In this document: positions 29,025-37,403 of the stretch, in pieces | How positions within the stretch are numbered: position 1 is the stretch's first letter | Layout: the number at the start of each line of letters is the position of its first letter | Assembly: GCA_963763775.1 (NCBI GenBank) | Contig: CAVXPZ010000001.1 | Location: 832,001 to 896,000 of the forward strand | DNA length: 64,000 nucleotides | Direction of reading: 5' to 3' | DNA from: an uncultured Chloroflexia bacterium | Lineage (GTDB): Bacteria; Chloroflexota; Limnocylindria; Limnocylindrales; CSP1-4 | Translations under genes and position numbers: made by a program | The notes under the pieces: generated by a model | Database searches by the model: none | What the model was told of the DNA's origin: nothing | What the model saw: the letters and a program-made list of their open reading frames with translations, nothing else

Positions 29025-32000
29025 GAGGCGGGCCGCGATCTCCGGGTCCAGCGCCTCGGCCGCCGCGACCGCGGTCTCCATCGCCGTGAGGCACAGGATC
29101 CCCTCGGCGGTGGCCGCGAGCCGGATCTCCGCGGCATCGCGGACGGCCCCCGAGCGCGGCGTCGGGGTGTTCACGACGAGCCGGACCTCGCCGCTCGCGA
29201 TGAGCTCGAGGATCGCGGTCTCGCCGAGGGCCTCGTCGGCGGCTTCGCCGAGCTTCGCCACCGGCCGGGCCTCGTAGCCGGCCGCGGCGAGGGCCGCACG
29301 CGTCCCGGGCGTCGCCGCCATCCGGTAGCCCGCCGCCGCGAGCGCGGCCGCGAGCCGGCCGAGGCTCGCCTTGTCGCGATCCGCGATCGAGAGCAGCGCG
29401 AGCGCGCCGCCCGCTCCCGGTCGCGGTGGCACCAGTGCCGCCCCGAGGAGCGCCTTCGCGAGGGCGACGCGAGGGTCCGTGTGCAGGCCGATGACCTCGC
29501 CCGTGGACTGCATGCCCGGCCCGACCGACGGGTCGACGCCGCGGAGCTTGGCCGTCGAGAACGCCGGGGCCTTCACCGCGACGAAGTCCGGCTCGGGGCG
29601 GAGGCCGCCCGCCCAGCCGAGCTCCGGAAGCGTGGCCCCGAGCGAGATCCGCACGGCCAGCTCGACCATCGGCACACCCGTGACCTTGGACAGGAACGGG
29701 ACCGTCCGGGAGGCGCGTGGGTTGACCTCGATGAGGTACACGCCGTCGTCGCGGACGATGAACTGGGCGTTGACCAGGCCGCGCGCGCCGAGCGCGAGCA
29801 CGATGCGCTCCATCGTGGCGACGATGAGCGCCTGGTCGCCCGCGGACACGTTCTGTGGCGGGAACAGGCCGACCGAGTCGCCCGAGTGGACGCCGGCCCG
29901 CTCGACGTGCTCCAGAAGGCCCGGGATGAGCACCAGCTCGCCGTCCGAGACCGCATCGACGTCGACCTCGACGCCCTCGAGGTACCGGTCGATCCGCACC
30001 GGCCGGTCGGGATCCACGACGGTCGCCATCGCGAGCTGGCGCTCGAGGTCCTCGGGCGAGTAGCAGAAGTCGATCGCGAGGCCGCCGATCACGAACGATG
30101 GCCGGACGATGACCGGGTAGCCGATGCGCTCCGCGAGGGTGAGGGCCTCGTCCACGCTGTGCGCCATGCCGCCCTCGGGCTGCGGGATGCCGAGCCGGTC
30201 GAGCAGCGCGGAGAAGCGCGTGCGCTCCTCGGCCTGGTCGATGGCCTCCAGGTCCGAGCCGAGCAGCGGGACGCCGGCGGCGGCCAGCGGCGCGGCGAGG
30301 TTGAGCGGCGTCTGGCCGCCGAACGCGACCACGGCCGGCAGCAGCGGGACGCCGTCGGGCGATTCGGCGTCGATGACGCTCATGACGCTCTCGGGGTCGA
30401 GCGGCTCGAAGTACAGGCGAGACGACGCGTCGAAGTCGGTCGAGACGGTCTCCGGGTTCGAGTTGATCATCACCGCGCGCCAGCCGGCGCGGCGGAGCGT
30501 GTCCGCGGCCTGGACCGCGCAGTAGTCGAACTCGATCCCCTGCCCGATCCGCACCGGCCCGGAGCCGATCACGAGCGCCGCGGGCCGCTCCACCGGCGGC
30601 GCCTCGGGGGCGGATCCGGCGGCGGCGTAGGTCGCGTAGAAGTACGGCGTCTCGGCGGCGAACTCGGCGGCGCACGTGTCGACCATCGCGTAGCCCGGGC
30701 GGATCCCGAGGGCCAGCCGCGCGGCCCGGAGCGCGTCGCCGGTCGTGCCGGCGAGTCCCGCGAGCTCGCGGTCGCCGAACCCGGCCCGCTTGACGGTCGC
30801 GAGGAGCGTCGCCGCCTCCGCGTCCGTCGGGTCGGCGAGGCGTGGGCCCGTCGCCGTCACCTCGGCCTCCAGCGCGACGTTCCGGCCCATCTCCGCGAGG
30901 AACCACGCCGAGATGCCGGTCGCCTCCCCCACGGTCGCCTCGGGCACGCCCCGCCGGAGCAGGCCGAGCAGCCGCCACAGCCGGCTGTCGGACGGCTCGA
31001 GGAAGCGCTTGAGGACGATCGGGGCCGCGGTCCGCTGGGCGTGGCGGGTGGACTCGCAGGCCTGTCCCGCCTCGTCGACCCACCGGATGGGCTCGTCGGC
31101 CTCCGGGTCGCCGGCATAGACCCCGGCCAGATAGTCGAACGTGGGCGTCCAGCTCGCGTCCTCGGCGAGCGGCCCGACGCCGGCCTGTTCGAGGCCGCGC
31201 AGGGCCTTGTTGAGCGCCGACCCGAACGTGCGGTCGATCGCCATGACCTCGCCGGTCGCCTTCATCTGGCTGCCCAGCGTCCGGTCGGCGCCCGGGAACT
31301 TGTCGAACGGGAAGCGCGGCAGCTTGACCACGACGTAGTCGAGCGCCGGCTCGAACGCCGCGACGGTCGTCCCGGTGACGACGTTCGGGATCTCGGCGAG
31401 CCGTCGGCCGATGGCGATCTGTGCCGCGACCCGCGCGATCGGGTAGCCCGTCGCCTTCGAGGCGAGCGCGGACGAGCGCGAGACCCTCGGATTGACCTCG
31501 ATCACCGCGTACTCGGTCGAGTCCGGCGAGAGCGCGAACTGGACGTTGCAGCCGCCCTCCACGCCGAGCGCCCGGATGATCGCGAGGGCCGCGCTGCGCA
31601 GCCGCTGGTGGACCGCGTCGGTCAGGGTCTGGACCGGCGCGACGACGATCGAGTCGCCGGTGTGGACCCCGAGCGGGTCGACGTTCTCCATCGAGCAGAC
31701 GGCGATGCACGTGTCGTCGGCGTCGCGCATGACCTCGTACTCGATCTCCTGCCAGCCGACGAGGCACTTCTCGACCATCACCTGGTCGATCGGGCTGGCC
31801 CGCAGACCGGCGCGGATCCGCTCGCGGTACGCCGCCTCGGTCTCGACGATGCCGCCGCCCGTGCCGCCGAGCGTGAACGCGGGTCGGACGATGGCCGGGA
31901 GACCGATCTCCTGGAGGGCCCGCTCGACGTCCTCGGCCGTCTCCACGATCCAGCTCGGGGCGTACGGCTGGCCGAGACGGTCGAGCAGGTCGCGGAAGGC

Positions 32001-32393
32001 CTCGCGGTCCTCGGCCATGCGGATGGCCTCGAGGGGCGTGCCCAGGATCCGGATCGGGTAGCGGTCGAAGACGCCGGCCTCGGCCAGGGCGGCGGTCAGG
32101 TTCAGCGCGGTCTGCCCGCCGAGGCCCGCGAGCAGGCCCTCGGGCTGCTCCTTGGCGATGACCGCCTCCACCGCCTCCACGGTCAGCGGCTCGAGGTAGA
32201 TCGCGTCCGCGACCTGGGGGTCGGTCATGATCGTGGCCGGGTTCGAGTTGACCAGGATCGTGCGGACGCCCTCGGCGCGGAGGGCGCGGCAGGCCTGTGT
32301 GCCGGCGTAGTCGAACTCGGCCGCCTGGCCGATGACGACCGGGCCGGAGCCGAGGATGAGGACGGATGCCGGCCGGCCGGGCGGCACCGTCAC
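28968..32393 (-). CDS. carB: Carbamoyl-phosphate synthase large subunit
   Basis: LGSGPVVIGQAAEFDYAGTQAC, duplicated ATP-grasp halves (IEVNPR twice), NPETVSTDFD and a C-terminal MGS domain. Confidence 0.97.
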   Translation of the reverse strand: MTVPPGRPASVLILGSGPVVIGQAAEFDYAGTQACRALRAEGVRTILVNSNPATIMTDPQVADAIYLEPLTVEAVEAVIAKEQPEGLLAGLGGQTALNLTAALAEAGVFDRYPIRILGTPLEAIRMAEDREAFRDLLDRLGQPYAPSWIVETAEDVERALQEIGLPAIVRPAFTLGGTGGGIVETEAAYRERIRAGLRASPIDQVMVEKCLVGWQEIEYEVMRDADDTCIAVCSMENVDPLGVHTGDSIVVAPVQTLTDAVHQRLRSAALAIIRALGVEGGCNVQFALSPDSTEYAVIEVNPRVSRSSALASKATGYPIARVAAQIAIGRRLAEIPNVVTGTTVAAFEPALDYVVVKLPRFPFDKFPGADRTLGSQMKATGEVMAIDRTFGSALNKALRGLEQAGVGPLAEDASWTPTFDYLAGVYAGDPEADEPIRWVDEAGQACESTRHAQRTAAPIVLKRFLEPSDSRLWRLLGLLRRGVPEATVGEATGISAWFLAEMGRNVALEAEVTATGPRLADPTDAEAATLLATVKRAGFGDRELAGLAGTTGDALRAARLALGIRPGYAMVDTCAAEFAAETPYFYATYAAAGSAPEAPPVERPAALVIGSGPVRIGQGIEFDYCAVQAADTLRRAGWRAVMINSNPETVSTDFDASSRLYFEPLDPESVMSVIDAESPDGVPLLPAVVAFGGQTPLNLAAPLAAAGVPLLGSDLEAIDQAEERTRFSALLDRLGIPQPEGGMAHSVDEALTLAERIGYPVIVRPSFVIGGLAIDFCYSPEDLERQLAMATVVDPDRPVRIDRYLEGVEVDVDAVSDGELVLIPGLLEHVERAGVHSGDSVGLFPPQNVSAGDQALIVATMERIVLALGARGLVNAQFIVRDDGVYLIEVNPRASRTVPFLSKVTGVPMVELAVRISLGATLPELGWAGGLRPEPDFVAVKAPAFSTAKLRGVDPSVGPGMQSTGEVIGLHTDPRVALAKALLGAALVPPRPGAGGALALLSIADRDKASLGRLAAALAAAGYRMAATPGTRAALAAAGYEARPVAKLGEAADEALGETAILELIASGEVRLVVNTPTPRSGAVRDAAEIRLAATAEGILCLTAMETAVAAAEALDPEIAARLSDVRSLDEWVPGGIAVHA

Positions 32394-33550
32394 CGCGACC
32401 CGCCCGCGGCCGCCACGAACCGGTCGAAGACCGCGAGCGCGTCGAGGGGACCCGGCGCCCCCTCCGGGTGGTACTGGACCGTCTCGATCGGCAGCTCGCG
32501 GTGGCGCAGGCCCTCGACGGAGCCGTCGTTGAGGTTGACCTGGCTCACGCGGAACCCCGACCTGGGCGGCAGCGAGTCCCCGACGACCTGGACCTCGTGG
32601 TTCTGCGCCGTGACCTGGACGAGCCCGAGCTCGAGGTCCTGGACCGGGTGGTTCGCCCCGTGGTGGCCGAACCGGAGGCGGCGGGTGTCGGCGCCGGCCG
32701 CCCGCCCGACGATCTGGTGGCCAAGGCAGATGCCGAGCAGCGGTCGCCCGTCATCGATGACCGCGCGGGCGAGGGCCACCTGGGCCTCGAGGCGGGCCGG
32801 ATCCCCGGGCCCGGGCGACAGGATGACGCCGTCGATATCGGCGGACAGGACATCGGCGACCGATGCGGTGTGCGGGAAGACGCGGACTCGGGCCCCGCGG
32901 AAGCGCATCGCCCGGACGATGTTGTTCTTCAGGCCGAGGTCCACGATCCCGATCCGCGGCCCGGTGTCCCCGGGAGCCTCGACCTCGGTGATCGAGGGCG
33001 GCGAGACCTGGCCCACGAAGTCCTGGTCCTCCCAGCGCGGGACGGCGGCGGCGGCCGCGCGGGCCGCGTCGAGGTCCATCCGCCCGGGCGCCGTCACGAT
33101 CCCGCGGAGACAGCCGTTCGCGCGGAGGTGCCGCGCCAGCGCACGCGTGTCCACCCCGGCGATCGCGGGGATCGCGTGGTCGCGCAGGAGTGCGGCAAGC
33201 TGGCGGGCGTCGTCGAGGACCGCGGCCGTCGCGTTCGCGACGACGAGCGCCCGGAGCCACGGCTGGACCGACTGGTCGTCCGCGACGAGCCGGCCGTAAT
33301 TGCCGATCAGCGGGTAGGTCATGACGACGACCTGGCCGGCATACGAGGGGTCCGTGCAGACCTCCTGGTAGCCGGTCTGGCTGGTGTTGACGACGAGGTC
33401 GCCGCCAGCGGCGACGGGGGCGCCGAACGCGACGCCCGGGAAGACGGTGCCGTCCTCGAGGGCCAGCAACGCCGGCCCGAGGTCGCCGATCCTCGGGTCG
33501 ACGACGGCACTCGCCCGCGGGGGCGGCGGAAGGAGCAATGGGGCGGTCAC
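32390..33550 (-). CDS. carA: Carbamoyl-phosphate synthase small subunit
   Basis: NTSQTGYQEVCTDPSY, SPGPGDP, GICLGHQ, FGHHGANHPV and QYHPE. Confidence 0.97.
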   Translation of the reverse strand: MTAPLLLPPPPRASAVVDPRIGDLGPALLALEDGTVFPGVAFGAPVAAGGDLVVNTSQTGYQEVCTDPSYAGQVVVMTYPLIGNYGRLVADDQSVQPWLRALVVANATAAVLDDARQLAALLRDHAIPAIAGVDTRALARHLRANGCLRGIVTAPGRMDLDAARAAAAAVPRWEDQDFVGQVSPPSITEVEAPGDTGPRIGIVDLGLKNNIVRAMRFRGARVRVFPHTASVADVLSADIDGVILSPGPGDPARLEAQVALARAVIDDGRPLLGICLGHQIVGRAAGADTRRLRFGHHGANHPVQDLELGLVQVTAQNHEVQVVGDSLPPRSGFRVSQVNLNDGSVEGLRHRELPIETVQYHPEGAPGPLDALAVFDRFVAAAGGSR

Positions 33551-33562
33551 CAGGCCCCGGAT

Positions 33563-33598
33563 ACGACGAACCCACCGGCCGCGGGGGCTCGGTGGGCG
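33563..33598 (-). terminator. Attenuator-type hairpin in the carA leader
   Basis: CCCACCG...CGGTGGG stem followed by TTCGTCGTAT on the minus strand, between the PyrR loops and the carA start. Confidence 0.5.
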
Positions 33599-33621
33599 AG
33601 GGCGTGCGCAGACATCCAGCC

Positions 33622-33680
33622 TCCTTCGCCGGCCTCACGGGACCGGTACGCCAGCCTCACAGGACCGGCCTTGAAAGGAC
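33622..33680 (-). promoter_or_regulatory. Tandem PyrR-binding RNA element
   Basis: Leader RNA UCCUUUCAAG-GCCGGUCCUGUGAGGCUGGC-GU-ACCGGUCCCGUGAGGCCGGC-GAAGGA contains two RUCCNGNGAGGY loops. An extended -10 (TGcTACCCT) lies just upstream. Confidence 0.8.
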
Positions 33681-33760
33681 CCGCTCAGGGTAGCATCCCG
33701 GGGCCCGGCGCGCGGCGTCAGCGGGGCGCCGGAGCGACCGGACCGGGTCGCGATCGGGCG

Positions 33761-34132
33761 TCAGTCGGCCGGCGGGATCTCGCCGATGTCGTGGTAGATG
33801 GCCTTCCCGAGGGATCGGGCGACGGTCACCATCCGGTCGGCCCCGGCGGACGCGCCGCCGATCCGCAGGCAGCCGTCGCAGTGGGACAGGAGCCGCTCGG
33901 CGACCGGGTGGAAGATCTCCTCGAAGATCGCGTCGCCGACCTGCTCGGAGCCGGCCGCCTCGATGAGCGGCAGGGCGAACCACTCCCCCATGACGGGCAG
34001 GTGCCCTCGGCGGAACAGCTCGAGCGACGCGGCGGTCATCGCGTCGACGTTCGCCTGGATCAGATCCGGGTCGTCACCCGTCCCGGAACGGTACGGACCG
34101 GCGACGAGGATCGCGAGAGATCGGCTCACCAT
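33761..34132 (-). CDS. DUF4406-like (nucleoside deoxyribosyltransferase-like) small protein
   Basis: ILVAGPYRSG..GHLPVMGEW..CDGCLRIGGASAGAD. The start may be GTG 34129. Confidence 0.7.
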   Translation of the reverse strand: MVSRSLAILVAGPYRSGTGDDPDLIQANVDAMTAASLELFRRGHLPVMGEWFALPLIEAAGSEQVGDAIFEEIFHPVAERLLSHCDGCLRIGGASAGADRMVTVARSLGKAIYHDIGEIPPAD

Positions 34133-34216
34133 GCCGATGGTAGCCGCCGTCATGATGACCGTGCGAATGACCCGTCGCGGCAGAGTCGCCGTCCCGGGCG
34201 GGTGTAGGGTGCACGC

Positions 34217-35032
34217 GTGAAGCGATTGCTGGCGATCGCCCTCCTCGTCGCCGCGTGCCAGGGTGCCACGACGAGCCTCGCACCCTCGACGCCGAGCACG
34301 ACCCCCGGCGACGCGGCGTCAGCTTCAGTGTCGGACCAAGGCGGCCCGGAGTTCGTGTCTGTCGGGTTCGGCACAGGCGGAACTGGCTGCACCCTCGAAG
34401 GCACCGCGTCCTCCTTCCCAGTGGGGGTTCCAGTCCGTACGATGCTGACGCTCTCTCCGGCCCTGCCGACCGGCGGCACCATCACGGTCACCGTGGAGAA
34501 GGACGGCGCCGAACTCGAGGCCCCACAGACGATCACGGTGAAGGAACCGGCGCCGTGCCTGTTCGGGACGCTGCCGGACCTTGATGTGGGGCACTACCGC
34601 GTGACGTATGCGATCAGCCCGAGCCAGATGCCGCCGGCGAGTGACGGATTTGACGTCACGTCCGATGGGTCGGCATCAGACGCGCCGCCTCCGGCAGGAG
34701 GTGCCTCACTTGCCACGCACATCATCGGTCGCCTTGATGGATTGGCAACGCTCGCCGTCACGGATGACGACCTTCAGACGGCGCAATGGGCCATCGACGA
34801 GTCTGCCTGGGTCACCGAGAACATGTCGTCCCTCCTCGACCAAGGTGGAACGCTCGAGTCGTACGTCGATGAGCTCACGAAGATGTTGGACACGGTGGCC
34901 GCAGGAGGAGATCAGTCGACGGCGATCGGCAGACTCCTCGCGTTGCGAGATGCGATCGCGACCGAGTTCGCTTTGCCTACGCTTGCGCCGACGCCGAGCT
35001 CGTCGACTTCGTCTCGGATCGTCTGGTGGTGA
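34217..35032 (+). CDS. Hypothetical lipoprotein (possibly 3'-truncated)
   Basis: MKRLLAIALLVAAC lipobox, lower GC3, and a stop codon lying inside the tRNA 3' end. Confidence 0.65.
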   Translation: MKRLLAIALLVAACQGATTSLAPSTPSTTPGDAASASVSDQGGPEFVSVGFGTGGTGCTLEGTASSFPVGVPVRTMLTLSPALPTGGTITVTVEKDGAELEAPQTITVKEPAPCLFGTLPDLDVGHYRVTYAISPSQMPPASDGFDVTSDGSASDAPPPAGGASLATHIIGRLDGLATLAVTDDDLQTAQWAIDESAWVTENMSSLLDQGGTLESYVDELTKMLDTVAAGGDQSTAIGRLLALRDAIATEFALPTLAPTPSSSTSSRIVWW

Positions 35033-35101
35033 GCCCGGAAGGACTTGAACCTTCAACCCAGTGATTAAGAGTCACTTGCTCTGCCATTGAGCTACGGGCC
35101 C
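35027..35101 (-). tRNA. tRNA-Lys (anticodon CTT)
   Basis: GGGCCCGTAGCTCAATGGCAGAGCAAGTGACT-CTT-AATCACTGGGTTGAAGGTTCAAGTCCTTCCGGGCTCACCA folds into a full cloverleaf with encoded CCA. Confidence 0.97.
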
Positions 35102-35129
35102 ACGGTTTCGCGCTCCGAGGAGCGAGAGA

Positions 35130-35229
35130 GCTGGCGCGGTGCCGAGCGACGCCGCTCGAACAGCCGATGATCAGTTCCTGTCACAGAGCCGAATGAAGGA
35201 GCCAAGTGACGGCGACGGCACCGACCAGC
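35130..35229 (-). ncRNA. Candidate ~100-nt structured RNA upstream of tRNA-Lys (family unknown)
   Basis: Nested pairings GCUGG/CCAGC, CGGUGCCG/CGGCACCG and CGCCG/CGGCG enclose a bubble and a short apical hairpin. It begins 7 nt after TAGAAT (35237-35242). Confidence 0.4.
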
Positions 35230-35322
35230 GGCCCGCATTCTAGCGCGCCGGTCGCCATCGAGCCACCGGCGCCATGTCCTGGCGCGGCGGCCGACGCCCA
35301 TCCGGGCCCGTAGACTTCGGCG

Positions 35323-37377
35323 ATGCTTACGTCCGGCCACGCCATCGTCTGCGGGCTCGACCACCTCGGGCTGCGAACGGTCGACGAGCTGCGTCTCCGC
35401 GACGAGACCGTGGTGGCCATCGGCGAGACGGACGAGGCTGCCGAGCACCTCGGCGAGCTCGGCGTCCGGCTCGTCGTAGGGGACCACCGACTGCCGCGCG
35501 TGCTGCGCGAGGCCGGGGCCGCGAGCGCGTCCGTGCTGGTCCTCACCGGCGACGACGACCTCGGCAACCTGAACACGGCGCTCGCCGCCGCCGAGATCAA
35601 CCCGGGGATCCGCGTGGTCATCCGGATGTTCGACCAGGAGCTCGGCGCCCATATCCCAGAGCTGTTCCCCGACGCCGTGGCGCTTTCGTCTTCCGCGGTC
35701 GCGGCCCCGGGGTTCGTCTCGGCCGCCATCGACGGCGAGACCGGATCCCGCTTCCGGCTGGCCGGCCGCGTCCTCACGTCGCGGCGCTCGGGCGACACCG
35801 CGGCCGGGCCGGTCAGCATCCCGATCGCTCGACTGCGCGCCGACCGCTCGGTGGAGTTGTTCCCCGATGCCGACCCCGGTGCGCCCGACCTGATCCTGAT
35901 CGATGTCGCCGGTGCCGACGCGCCGGACCTCGAGGCACCGGCCGATGCCATGCACCGGGACCCCGGCGTGATCGCCCGGCTGCGCGGCCGTGTGGCGGAC
36001 GTCCGGGCTCGGCTGTCGAGCCCGGAGCGGCGCTTCGTGCGCTTCGCGGCGATCCTCCTGGGCCTCGCCCTCGCGTCGGCGATCTTCTTCTACGTGGTCG
36101 CGGGACTCGGTCCGCTCGATGCCGTTTCCTACGCGATCACACTCCTGACGGGCGCCTCCCTGCCGACTGACATCGCCTCGGCCGCGACCAACGTCCCCTT
36201 GCGGATCTACGCGATCCTGCTCAGCCTGGTCGGGGCCGCGATCGTCGCGGTCGTCTACGCGTTCATCACCGACGCCCTCATCCGGTCCCGGCTGCTCCAG
36301 ACGCTCGGCCGTCGCACGGTCCCGGGCAACATCCGGGACCACGTCATCGTGGCGGGCCTCGGTTCGATCGGGTATCGGGTGGCGCTCGGCCTGCGTGCCC
36401 GCGGGGTCCCGGTCGTCATCGTCGAGGTGAGCGACGACAGCCGGTTCGTCTCGCCGGCACGGGCAGCGGGCATCCCGGTCTTCGTCGGCGACGCCCGACA
36501 CCGCGAGGTGCTCGACGAGCTGCGACTTGGGTCCGCTCGGGCGCTCGTCGCCGCGACGAGCGACGACCTCGTGAACCTATCCGTCGCCCTCAACGCGCGT
36601 GCCGTCCGTCCGGACCTGCGCGTGGTCGTCCGCGTCTACGACCCGGACTTCGCGATCCGAGTGCAGCACGGCTTCCACATCCGCTTCACGCGGAGCGTGT
36701 CGCACCTTGCGGCGCCGGCGTTCGCGGCAGCGGCGGTCGGCTCCGAGGTGGTCGCGACGGTGCCGGTGGGCGACCGGCGGGTCGTGCTGTTCGCGCGCCT
36801 GCGCGTTCCGGCAGGATCGATGCTCGAGGGCCGTCTGGCCTCGACCCTCGACACGCCCGGCGCCCTGAAGCTGCTCGCTGTCGCCGATCCGGGCTCCGAG
36901 GAGGCTCGTTGGGACTACCCGATCGACGAGGTCCTCGACGCCGGCGAGGAGGTGGTCGTCGCCGCGACCCGAGCCGGCCTCGGCGAGCTGCTCCACCACG
37001 CCTCGATGGTCGCCGGGAGCGTGACGGTGACCCCGGACGAGAACGCCGGGACCGACCCTGCGGTCGATCACGGGCTGACCGCGATCGGCAGCGCGGTGGC
37101 CGGCGCCGCGGTCGGCGCCGCCACGCGGACCGTGGGCAGCGTCGCCAGCATGGCGGCCGGAGGCGCGTCGGGCGCGATGGCGGTCACGACGAAGGCCGCC
37201 TCCGGTGCCCTGGGTGCTGCCGGGGCCGTGGCCAGTGGCGCGGCGACCGCGGCTGGAGCCGTCGGTGGGGCGATCGCCGGAGCGGTCGGCGGAGGCTCCG
37301 GCCCGATGCCCACCGCGGCCGAGACCAGAAGGATCACCGGAGCCGGCGATCCTCGAGGACGCCGACATGTCCGCTGA
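35323..37377 (+). CDS. TrkA-N/RCK NAD-binding protein with central two-TM channel-like segment
   Basis: HAIVCGLDHLG and HVIVAGLGSIG Rossmann motifs flank two TM helices, followed by a TrkA-C-like domain and an Ala/Gly-rich tail. Confidence 0.85.
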   Translation: MLTSGHAIVCGLDHLGLRTVDELRLRDETVVAIGETDEAAEHLGELGVRLVVGDHRLPRVLREAGAASASVLVLTGDDDLGNLNTALAAAEINPGIRVVIRMFDQELGAHIPELFPDAVALSSSAVAAPGFVSAAIDGETGSRFRLAGRVLTSRRSGDTAAGPVSIPIARLRADRSVELFPDADPGAPDLILIDVAGADAPDLEAPADAMHRDPGVIARLRGRVADVRARLSSPERRFVRFAAILLGLALASAIFFYVVAGLGPLDAVSYAITLLTGASLPTDIASAATNVPLRIYAILLSLVGAAIVAVVYAFITDALIRSRLLQTLGRRTVPGNIRDHVIVAGLGSIGYRVALGLRARGVPVVIVEVSDDSRFVSPARAAGIPVFVGDARHREVLDELRLGSARALVAATSDDLVNLSVALNARAVRPDLRVVVRVYDPDFAIRVQHGFHIRFTRSVSHLAAPAFAAAAVGSEVVATVPVGDRRVVLFARLRVPAGSMLEGRLASTLDTPGALKLLAVADPGSEEARWDYPIDEVLDAGEEVVVAATRAGLGELLHHASMVAGSVTVTPDENAGTDPAVDHGLTAIGSAVAGAAVGAATRTVGSVASMAAGGASGAMAVTTKAASGALGAAGAVASGAATAAGAVGGAIAGAVGGGSGPMPTAAETRRITGAGDPRGRRHVR

Positions 37378-37403
37378 GGCGGTCCCCCGGACGCCGGCCC
37401 TCG

